A stretch of DNA of 64,000 bases, from assembly GCA_036012755.1 (NCBI GenBank), contig DASCPX010000040.1, forward strand, positions 68,800-132,799. The letters run 5' to 3'. Position 1 is the first letter of the stretch; every line of letters starts with the position of its first letter. This DNA is from Myxococcota bacterium (GTDB taxonomy: Bacteria; Myxococcota_A; UBA796; CAJQPC01). The translations under genes were made by a program, and so were the position numbers. Positions 48,782 through 57,882 of the stretch are shown here, one piece after another. The notes under the pieces were generated by a model that saw nothing but the letters and a program-made list of their open reading frames with translations, ran no database searches and was not told where the DNA came from.

Positions 48782-50140
48782 ATGCGCGTCCTCCTCGTCC
48801 AGGCCTTCACCGCCCTCGACCTCGAGCTGGTGTTCCCGATCGGGCTGGCCTACCTCGTCGCACACCTGCCAGAGGACCACGAGGTCGAGGTCTTCGACAC
48901 GAACCTCTACCGCGACGAGCCGGATCCCTACGCGGTCCTCGCGCGGAAGGTCCGGGACTACGCGCCAGAGGTCGTAGGCATCTCGATGCGCAACATCAAG
49001 GTGGCCACTCCAGGCGTTCACGCGGACGACCTCGAGCCCCTCCAGCGCACCATCCGCCACATCCGCGAGCAGGCTCCGGGGGCCACCATCGTCGCCGGCG
49101 GGACGGCCTTTTCGCTCTACGCCGAAGCCCTGATGAAGCGACTGCCGGAGCTCGACTGCGGCATGTGGGGCGAGGGCGAACTGCGCTTCCCACAGCTCCT
49201 CGAAGACCTCGCCCACCCCGAGCGCGTCCGCGGGATGTGGGTCCGAGACGAGGCCGGCGTCCCTCGCTACACGGGCGCCCCTCCAGGCATCGACTTCGAG
49301 GGGCTCCGTCACTACGACAAGGAGCTCGTCGACTTCGAGCCCTACGCGCAGTCCAGCTTCGTGAGCGTCGGGGTCCAGTCCAAGCGGGGCTGCGCGCTGC
49401 ACTGCATCCACTGCAGCGACACCTACCTGCTGGGCAACGCCGTGCGCTGCCGGCCGCCGGCCGATGTCGTCGACGAGATGCAAATCCTCGTCGAGGACCA
49501 CGGCGTCCCCCAGATCTTCTTCTGCGACCAGATCTTCAACATCCCGGTCAGCCACGCCATCGGCGTCTGCCGCGAGATCGTCGACCGGGGCCTCGAGGTG
49601 CGCTGGTCGGCATGGTTCAACGAGAAGGCCAACACCCTGCCCGACGAGCTGCTGGTCTGGCTCAAGCAGGCCGGCTGTGGCCTGCTCTCGTTTTCCCCCG
49701 ACCATGTCGACGACCGGATGCTGAGGAACCTCGACAAGAACTTCAGGTACAAGGACCTCGTGTACACCTACGAGGCCGCGAAGCGGCACGACCTGGACGT
49801 GGAGTACAGCTTCTTCCTCAACAGCCCGGGTGAGGACTGGCGGAGCCTGTACAAGCTCCTCGAGTTCGTGGCGAAGGCCAAGCTGCACTGCGGCGGCAAC
49901 TTCCGGATGTTCACCCTGCTGATGATGCAGCCCATCCGCATCTACCCCCACAGCCGGCTGCACCAGCTCGCTGTCGAGACGGGGCTCGTGGATCGCGACT
50001 GCGACCTCATCGAGGGCCAGTTCTGGAACCCCGGCGGACTCTCCTACGCGGTCGCAGGCATCCAGGCGACGGCCCAGACCGCCTACCGGATCCGCCGTCG
50101 CTACAAGGCGCTGTTGGGCAACCCGACCGCCACGGTCTGA
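48782..50140 (+). CDS. B12-binding radical SAM protein
   Basis: FPIGLAYL..VVGISMRN..GG B12-binding domain; KRGCALHCIHC (CxxxCxxC); FFCDQIFN. Confidence 0.93.
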   Translation: MRVLLVQAFTALDLELVFPIGLAYLVAHLPEDHEVEVFDTNLYRDEPDPYAVLARKVRDYAPEVVGISMRNIKVATPGVHADDLEPLQRTIRHIREQAPGATIVAGGTAFSLYAEALMKRLPELDCGMWGEGELRFPQLLEDLAHPERVRGMWVRDEAGVPRYTGAPPGIDFEGLRHYDKELVDFEPYAQSSFVSVGVQSKRGCALHCIHCSDTYLLGNAVRCRPPADVVDEMQILVEDHGVPQIFFCDQIFNIPVSHAIGVCREIVDRGLEVRWSAWFNEKANTLPDELLVWLKQAGCGLLSFSPDHVDDRMLRNLDKNFRYKDLVYTYEAAKRHDLDVEYSFFLNSPGEDWRSLYKLLEFVAKAKLHCGGNFRMFTLLMMQPIRIYPHSRLHQLAVETGLVDRDCDLIEGQFWNPGGLSYAVAGIQATAQTAYRIRRRYKALLGNPTATV

Positions 50141-50146
50141 GACCTC

Positions 50147-50940
50147 TCAGCTCACCCAGATCTGAGCCCCCGACTGGCAGGACCCCGCGCCGAAGACGTC
50201 AGGTTGGTCCTGGCAGATCTGGGCCGTCCCGTTCGTCGAGTCCGTGGTCCCACCCCAAGGCAGGACCTTCCACTGGTTCCCAGGTCCGTTGCTGCAGCCG
50301 ACGCCCAGTGGCCCGCCTCGACGTCGGTGCAGGAGAAGCTCCCGGAGGCCGTCGTGCCGCTCGATGCGTAGCTGTAGCTGCCCTCCAGCACCTGGTAGCT
50401 CGACCAGCTCCAGACCAGGGTGGTGCTCGGGGAGATGTACCAGGCGGAGCCCGAAGAGTAGAGGTACTCCCGGCTGTCGCTGGTGCTCAGGGTGGCGAGG
50501 TGGCTGCTGGTCATCTGGGTCCAGGCGCCGCCATCGATGTCCATCTCGCACTCGACCTCGTAGCTGCCTGAGCCGTCGTCGAGGGTGTAGGTCCCGTCGG
50601 TGGCGCTGGGGTGGTCGGCGAGGACCTCTGCGCAGTCCGTCGCTGCGCAGTCCGAACCGCTGCCGAGCAGGCCCTCGTCGACGTCCCCGTCGCAGTCGTC
50701 GTCAGTGCCATTGCAGCTCTCGCTCGCCCCGGGGTTCACGTCGCCGTCGGAGTCGTCGCAGTCGTCGTCGAGGTCGTTGCAGAGCTCGTCGGCCCCTGGA
50801 TTGACCGCCTCGTCCCCGTCGTCGCAGTCCTCGGCCGCCCCGTAGCCGTCGCCGTCTTCGTCGTGGAACTCGCTGTCGTCGATGGTGCCGGTCTCGAACC
50901 CGGGGCTGCCCTTGCCGCAGGCGAGCAGGAGGAGGAACAT
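50147..50940 (-). pseudogene. MopE-like repeat plus fibrinogen-like (CxM..GGxW) lipoprotein with a late frameshift
   Basis: DCDD..VNPGA.E.CN..DDDCD repeats; VECEMDIDGGAWT. One extra G at 50304-50306 joins GHW to GVGCSNGPG...IWVS (264 aa). Confidence 0.72.
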
Positions 50941-50997
50941 CGCTCGAGTCTACTGGCAGACCCCGTCATCACAACTGAAGTCCACGCGTAGCCGCCC

Positions 50998-53508
50998 TCA
51001 GCCCCGGTCGCGGGCCCACGTCGCGATCTGCGTGATCAGCAGGAAGACCACCGCGAAGGCGCCCAGGGCGCCCAGGAGCTCCGGGACCTCCAGGCCCATG
51101 TCCTCGACGTCCGCGGGCTTCAGGCCGAGATCGTAGAGCGGCCCGGTCACCGGTTTCCTCTCCCACTTGCCCGGGATGCGGGAGGTGTCCTCGAGGTGGG
51201 TGCCCATCTTCAGCGACAGATCGAAGGCGTAGCGTTGCATCGTCACCCAGGTGATGGCCTTGGGCAGCGCCGTCATGTCCCGCAACGAGACCATGATCGA
51301 GGAGAAGCAGATGTTTGGGATCAAGAGCAGCGGCAGCGTGCCGACGGCGGCCTCGCTGGAGGTGTAGAGCGCAGAGAGCATCAGGCCCAGCGTCATGCCG
51401 GTCAGGCCCGTGACGACCTGCGCGCCGCCGAGCTCGAGGAGGGAGAAGCCGTAGGACTCGAGCCTCATGGTCTCGAAGACGATGGCCGTGAAGGCGAAGC
51501 ACTGGAGCGCATTGAGCGCGCCCAGTACCAGGAGCTTGCTGCCCAGGTAGGGGGTCACGCCGACCCCGACCTTGCGCTCCCGGCGCCAGATCGTGCGGTC
51601 GATGATGAGCTCGCGGACCCCGATCGACATGCCGAACCACAGGCACGACAGCGACAGCATGAAGACCAGCCGCGTCGTCGGCACCGGGAAGACGAGCCAG
51701 ATGAGCAGGGCGAGGATCGGTGGCTGGATGAGCAGCACCGCCAGCCCTGCCTTGTCCCGCAGCTTGGTGCGCAGATACCGCGAGGTCAGCGTCGAGGCCT
51801 GGGTGAAGAAGCCCGCCGGCTTGCGCCTGGCTCGGTCCTCTGGAGCAGCGGGCTCCGGGCCCTGGCGCTTCAGCAGGTGCTCCCGCGTGGCGACGTACTT
51901 GCGGAAGTCGGGGCTCTCTCGGAACTCCGCCGCCCACTGAGTCGGCGTCTTGTGGCCGAGCACGTCGAAGATCTTGTCGGAGCTCTCGACCCCGAAGAAA
52001 CGGCAGGCCCCCCGAGGCGGCCCGATGTAGCCGAGGCGTCCCCCCGGCAGCATCACCAGGAGGTGGTCGACGAGGTCCATGATCGCCGGAGTCAGGTCGT
52101 GGGTGACGAGGAAGACGATGCGGCCCTGGTCCGCCAGCTGGCGCACCTGGCGCACGATCGACTGGGCGGACCGGGGGTCCAGGCCGCTGGTCGGCTCGTC
52201 GAGGAAGAGCACCCGGGTGCTGCGAGTCAAGAGCTCCTGGCCGAGGTTCACCCGCTTGCGCTGTCCGCCCGAGATGCCACGCTCGAGGGCATCACCGATG
52301 CGGCTCTTTCGGATGTGCTCGATGTCCAGCTCGCGGAGCACCCGATCGACCTCTCGCCGGACCTCCTCGTTGCCCACGTCGGCGGGGTAGCGCAGGCGAC
52401 CCGAGTAGAACAGCGACTCCTCGACGGTGAGCTCCGGGTGGACGAGGTCGTCCTGCGGCACGATGCCCACCGCGCTGGGGTTGCCCTCCAGGATGGCGTG
52501 GAAGTCCTCGTCTCCAAGGTGGACGGTGCCCTCGTCGGCAGGCGCGATGCCAGCGATGGCGTTGATCAGCGTGGTCTTGCCTGCCCCAGAGGGCCCGACG
52601 AGCGCGACCAGCTCACCGGAGAAGACCGTGAAGCTCATGTCCTCCAACAGCACGATGTCACCGATCTTCCGATCCAGATCGCGCACGCTGAGCGCCTTGA
52701 AGCTGCGAGACCCGAAGCCGCGCAGCTGGTCCCCGACGACCCGCAGCTCCCACGGCCCGATGCGCACCACGCTGCGCTCGGTCAGTGGGCGGGACTCGGG
52801 CACCGGGTTGCCGTCCACGAGCACCGGTCGGCCGCTCCTGGCATCGACCACGCGCCAGCTGTCGCCGGTCCGGACGAAGGTGCAGTGGTGCCTCGCGACC
52901 TGGGGATCCGAGAGCACCACGTCGTTGCCGGCGCTCCGCCCGACCGTGACGCGGTCTCCTTCGAGCTCCCAGGTGATCTCCCCCGCGGCGTAGCGGGGAT
53001 CGTAGCGCTGGAAGAGCGCGGACAGCAGCAAGCCGTCGACCCCGAGCTTCGCCGCGGCGTCCTCCAGGCGGCGCGCCTCTGCGGCGTCGATCGCCCCGTC
53101 GGCCGCCGCGATCCGAAACAGCGCGTCGAGCAACAACAGCGCCTCCTCGGCTCCGTAGCGCTCGGCGAACTCACCGAGGTCGATCTCGCTGCGCTGTTCC
53201 TCGCGCAGCGCTCCCCCCGCCTCTGGACCGAAACGCTGCTCGAAGGCATCGACCTCGACAGAGGACAACTCCGTTCGGTACTGCGGGGCCAGCGCCAGCT
53301 CCAGGAGGACACTTCGGACATCGGGGGCGAGGCCAGTTCGCGCGAAGAGGACCTCGTCCAGAGCCCGTCTCTCGTGAGCGCCGACGTCCATCCCCCGCTG
53401 ACGGACGAGGAGCTGAGCCAGGTCGGCGGCGAGGCGGACGAGGCGAGGCTCCAGGAGCTGGTCCCGGACCTCAAGGGCCTCCGCAAAAGCCTCGTGGAGC
53501 CGGCCCAC
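50998..53508 (-). CDS. TerB-like + FHA + ABC ATPase + ABC-2 permease fusion transporter
   Basis: IAAADGAIDAAE (TerB-like); VGRS..SDPQVARHH (FHA); GPSGAGKTT, ISGGQRKR, FLDEPT; C-terminal TM helices. Confidence 0.9.
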   Translation of the reverse strand: MGRLHEAFAEALEVRDQLLEPRLVRLAADLAQLLVRQRGMDVGAHERRALDEVLFARTGLAPDVRSVLLELALAPQYRTELSSVEVDAFEQRFGPEAGGALREEQRSEIDLGEFAERYGAEEALLLLDALFRIAAADGAIDAAEARRLEDAAAKLGVDGLLLSALFQRYDPRYAAGEITWELEGDRVTVGRSAGNDVVLSDPQVARHHCTFVRTGDSWRVVDARSGRPVLVDGNPVPESRPLTERSVVRIGPWELRVVGDQLRGFGSRSFKALSVRDLDRKIGDIVLLEDMSFTVFSGELVALVGPSGAGKTTLINAIAGIAPADEGTVHLGDEDFHAILEGNPSAVGIVPQDDLVHPELTVEESLFYSGRLRYPADVGNEEVRREVDRVLRELDIEHIRKSRIGDALERGISGGQRKRVNLGQELLTRSTRVLFLDEPTSGLDPRSAQSIVRQVRQLADQGRIVFLVTHDLTPAIMDLVDHLLVMLPGGRLGYIGPPRGACRFFGVESSDKIFDVLGHKTPTQWAAEFRESPDFRKYVATREHLLKRQGPEPAAPEDRARRKPAGFFTQASTLTSRYLRTKLRDKAGLAVLLIQPPILALLIWLVFPVPTTRLVFMLSLSCLWFGMSIGVRELIIDRTIWRRERKVGVGVTPYLGSKLLVLGALNALQCFAFTAIVFETMRLESYGFSLLELGGAQVVTGLTGMTLGLMLSALYTSSEAAVGTLPLLLIPNICFSSIMVSLRDMTALPKAITWVTMQRYAFDLSLKMGTHLEDTSRIPGKWERKPVTGPLYDLGLKPADVEDMGLEVPELLGALGAFAVVFLLITQIATWARDRG

Positions 53509-53512
53509 AGAC

Positions 53513-53956
53513 CTAGCGGTAGGTGACCGCCATGCCAACACCCGACTTCTCGCCCTTGCCCTCGGCGAGCTCGGTCGCATGCACGGCGACGAAGAAGGTG
53601 TCGGTGGTCTGCGGTTTGAAGGTCAGGGCCGGCTGACGATCGGAGGTCTCGTCCTGCTGGACCACGTTGCCGTCGGCGTCGTGGAGGACGAGGTCCACGT
53701 TCTTCGCCGCGCCGTCCGCGCAGGCCAGGATCTTGTACTCGTTCCCCGCGTACAGGGTCACCAGGTAGATGCGGTACTCGCCTTGCGCCAGCGTGGCAGA
53801 GGTCGCCGTGCGGACAGCCCAGCCGGCCTCGTAGCCGTCCCAGATCTTGGTGCGAAGGCAGCTCTCTGCGTCTGCCTCGTCGGCCATCGCGGTGGGGACG
53901 ACCCCGGAGACGAGCATTGCGGCACAGAGCGCCAGTGGGCCGAAGATGCGGGTCAT
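53513..53956 (-). CDS. Small secreted protein, PPC-like beta-sandwich
   Basis: Signal peptide ending PTAMA; LYAGNEYKILAC..NVDLVLHDADG. Confidence 0.75.
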   Translation of the reverse strand: MTRIFGPLALCAAMLVSGVVPTAMADEADAESCLRTKIWDGYEAGWAVRTATSATLAQGEYRIYLVTLYAGNEYKILACADGAAKNVDLVLHDADGNVVQQDETSDRQPALTFKPQTTDTFFVAVHATELAEGKGEKSGVGMAVTYR

Positions 53957-53964
53957 TGATCCCC

Positions 53965-54816
53965 CTACAGCAGGTCGAGGACTGCTGAGGTGCTGGCGTG
54001 GATGGTCTTCACTTCCTCTTCCCCGAAGGTCTCGTGCGAGCAGATCTCGGCGAGGGTCGCGAGCGTGGTCTCGAGCTGTGCGATGACCTCGCTCGGGGCC
54101 TTGTCCTGGCCCTCGGTCTTCACGTAGCTCTGGAAATACGAGACGACGGCCGGCTGCTTCAAGAGCGTGGTCGCGGACTCGAAGTTGCCGGACTCGATCA
54201 GCGCGGCGGCGACGAGGTTGGCGCCCTCGAGCCAGCTGCCCGCCTGAATCAGGGGAACGCTGCGCTCGCCGGCCTCGTACTCGATCTCCGGGATGATCGC
54301 GCCGGAGAGCTCGTCGAGCTCCTTGACGAGGTCGTCGCGAGAGACGGAGTCGTTCTGGATGCGGGCGTCGAGGTCGTCGATGGTGGCTCCGATGTCAGAA
54401 CCGGCGCCGAGCTCGGCCATTCCCTGCTTGATGTCGCCGAGGTGCTTGCCGAGCTTCTCCTTCTCAGCCCCCTTCACCGTCAGCAGCAGGTCCGCGAGGA
54501 TGACCCCCGTGCGAACCGCGACCTGATCCTTGTTGGGGACGTCCATCTTCAGGCTTCGATCGGGCACCTTCGCGGCGAGCTCCGTCGTGATGCCGGCGGC
54601 CTCGAGGGCCTTTTGCATCTCCGCGGGGCTCGGAACCAGCGCGGTGTTCTCCGCTTTGGCCCGGAGCTCCTCCGGCGAGATGTCCGGGAGCTTATGGGTC
54701 TCAACTGGCTCGACTGGCTGATCGACCGGCTGATCGGTGGGGGGATCGTCCCCATTGCATGCAACCAATCCCAGGCCCAGTGAGAGCGCGAGGACCAGGG
54801 TCCACTTCTGCGACAT
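53965..54816 (-). CDS. Alpha-helical lipoprotein of unknown function
   Basis: Signal ..GLGLVA|C; GAGGAGG SD; first gene of a tight 3-gene run. Confidence 0.85.
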   Translation of the reverse strand: MSQKWTLVLALSLGLGLVACNGDDPPTDQPVDQPVEPVETHKLPDISPEELRAKAENTALVPSPAEMQKALEAAGITTELAAKVPDRSLKMDVPNKDQVAVRTGVILADLLLTVKGAEKEKLGKHLGDIKQGMAELGAGSDIGATIDDLDARIQNDSVSRDDLVKELDELSGAIIPEIEYEAGERSVPLIQAGSWLEGANLVAAALIESGNFESATTLLKQPAVVSYFQSYVKTEGQDKAPSEVIAQLETTLATLAEICSHETFGEEEVKTIHASTSAVLDLL

Positions 54817-54918
54817 CGGAGCTTCCTCCTCGGGGGAACACCCCCATCGGCGAGGAAGCGTATGCCCCCGGCGGTTTCACGCGCAAGTCCAGGCAGAGAA
54901 AAGCCCCCGAAGACGGAC

Positions 54919-55860
54919 CTACTCGCTGGAGTCGTTCCACTCCGCCTCTGCGAACGCGCAGTCCGCGACGTCACCGGTCTCCTCTTCGGACCAGTTGTTC
55001 GAGTTGTAGACCGGATCGAAGTGTTCGTCCCAGCACTCGCTCTCGTTGAACACGAGGTCTCCGAGGGTCCCGCCGGTCAGGTAGGCATCGGAGCGCCCGG
55101 CGCCCTCGGCGGTCCACCGGGAGCGCACGATGTGGGACTCGTCGTCGCCGTCGTCGTCGATGTCGGCGAGCCAACCAAGGTCCATGGCGCCCTCGCCGTC
55201 GTGGACCTGCTCGTAGGCGTAGAGGGCGTCGATGGGCTCCCCGTCGTGCTCGGCGACCTCGCTGAAGAGGGCCGTCGCGGTGACGTCGGTCGCGTTCACG
55301 TCGTACTCGCTGACGAAGACGCCGGAGAGCGCGACGTTCGGATCGAGCTCCTGCATCACGTCGAAGGCGATGGCGAACTGACCGCTGTGGACCTCGCGGG
55401 TGCTGCCCGCGTCGACGGTGCCCCGGATGACGTCCGTGTACTCCGCGTCGTCCGCGTTGGCGGGCTTCTGGACGAAGTACCACTCCCAGGAGTCGTCCGC
55501 GTAGTGCTCGACGTGCAGCGCGGTCTCGACGGGGTCGAGGGCGTCGCTGTAGGGACCCCAGACCGCGTGGGTGCGCTCGTCGTCGATGTCGCTCGGCGGC
55601 GTATCGGTGATGAGGTCGATCAGGATGAGCGGGAGCGCGATCATGGCGTTGACGTCGTCCGTGACCCTCGCCGTCAGCAGGTAGTAGTCACTCCAGATGC
55701 CGTCCTCGGCGTCCTTCGCGGCGCCGGAGTCGACCGGCATGTTCACGTAGATGCGGTCGTCCGGGAGGATCTCGGTGAACTCGGCGCCGGGTCCGGCGGA
55801 GGTGCAGGCGGTGCAGAGCGCGGCGACGGCGATGAGGGGAGCGACGAGGCGCGTGTCCAT
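54919..55860 (-). CDS. Acidic lipoprotein of unknown function
   Basis: MDTRLVAPLIAVAALCTA|C; SRWTAEGAGRSDA..ECWD; GGAG SD. Confidence 0.85.
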   Translation of the reverse strand: MDTRLVAPLIAVAALCTACTSAGPGAEFTEILPDDRIYVNMPVDSGAAKDAEDGIWSDYYLLTARVTDDVNAMIALPLILIDLITDTPPSDIDDERTHAVWGPYSDALDPVETALHVEHYADDSWEWYFVQKPANADDAEYTDVIRGTVDAGSTREVHSGQFAIAFDVMQELDPNVALSGVFVSEYDVNATDVTATALFSEVAEHDGEPIDALYAYEQVHDGEGAMDLGWLADIDDDGDDESHIVRSRWTAEGAGRSDAYLTGGTLGDLVFNESECWDEHFDPVYNSNNWSEEETGDVADCAFAEAEWNDSSE

Positions 55861-55966
55861 TGGTGCTCCTTGGTCCCGGCGGTTCGATCCGCGGCGTAGG
55901 GACAATCGAAAAGGACGTTGGTCCGTTCGGCGTTACTTAGCGCTCTTGGAGGTTCGATTGGAGCAC

Positions 55967-56415
<449 letters not shown>

Positions 56416-56419
<4 letters not shown>

Positions 56420-57813
56420 GCCTGGCTCTGCTGCTGCTCATCGGTTGCGCCGCTTGGAAGAAGCACATGGCCGAGGGCGACGCCTGGATGGAGAAGGACA
56501 ACCCGGGCGCCGCCAGCCGGGCATACGCCAAGGGCATCGAGGCGCGCCCCGACGAAGCCATCCTCCACCTCAAGATGGCCGAGGCCCTCATCGCCGATGC
56601 CGAGTACCAGCGCGCAACGGAGCACGGCGCGATCGCCCTCGAAGCGGGGCTCACGGAAGCCGAGCTCGTCCAGGCCGAGGCGTGGCTGGGCATCGGCGCG
56701 CCTGACACCGCCATCGACCTGATCAAGCCCCTCGCGACCAGCGGGGACCCTCGCGTCGGTCGCCTGATGGCGGAGTCCGAGCTGCTCCGCGGGGACCTGA
56801 CCGCCGCCAACCACTGGCTGCGTGAGTCCTCCCAGAACACCAAGGACCCACGGCTCTGGGGCGCCTACGCCTATGTCGCCGCGCGCCTCGGAGACATGGA
56901 GCCCGTCGCCGAGGCGACGCTGATGTCCAGGGACTGGCAGGACGTGCCCATCTCGGCCCACGCCGACATCGGCGCCGCGTGGCTCGTCGCCGGAGAGCTG
57001 GCCAACGCAAAGAGCCAGTCCATCGAGACGATCGCCATCGACCCGAACGTCAAGGTCGAGGGCGGAGCCCGGGACCAGTGGCGGGACGCTTCCTACCGAG
57101 CGGCGCAACAACAGCGCTACGAGGCTGCGATCCGCAGCGGCCTGCGCGCAGCGGCCATCCAGAACGACGACGCGGAGCTGAGCTGGAGGCTAGGCACATG
57201 GTACGCTGCCGCAGATGACTGGGAAGGCGCCATCCCGTGGTTGGAGCTGGCGTTGGTCACGCCTCCCTACGACGCCCCAGAGCAGCTCGCCGCCACCTCG
57301 AGCGTGTTAGCGGTGGCGAGCGCCGGCGGCCTCGACCCGAGCGCCAGGAACGAGATCCGTGGCCAGATCGCCGAACTCCTCGCCCAGGCCTACAGGCGCA
57401 CGGGACAGGTCGAGGAGGAGATCGGGGCGCTCGAGATCCTCCTGGCGACCGGGGCCACGCTCGATCCGGACATCCTCTACCGCATGGCCCTGGTGCTCGA
57501 CCAGCTCGGCCGTCACAAGGACGCAGCCCGCACGGCGATGGAGGCAGCGCGCCGCGGACACGACTCGGCGGCGGCGCAGGCCGCCCGCTCCTTCTTCAAG
57601 GCGGGAGACGTGGAGAACGCGGTCGGCTGGGCGCTGCAGGCCTGGGAATACGCACCGGAAGACCCGGAGCTGGCGCTGTTGCTCGCCGAGATCTACGTCG
57701 CGGACCGGCGAATGGACGCTGCCCTGGACATCCTCGACTTCAGCCTCCTGGCTCATCCGGACGACCGCCGGCTGAAGCACACTCGCACCCAGATCATCGA
57801 TGCATCGCGCTGA
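56416..57813 (+). CDS. TPR-repeat putative lipoprotein
   Basis: MSLALLLLIG|C; many TPR-like helical pairs. Confidence 0.85.
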
Positions 57814-57882
57814 TCTTAAGCCCTCTTGACAACCACCGCGGATGCGCGGGCCAGAATGCTCGCCTTTCCGTTCGGGAGAACC

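Noticed and set aside
54873..54888. parS-like GGTTTCACGCGCAAGT
   Set aside because: Five mismatches to TGTTTCACGTGAAACA and not palindromic.
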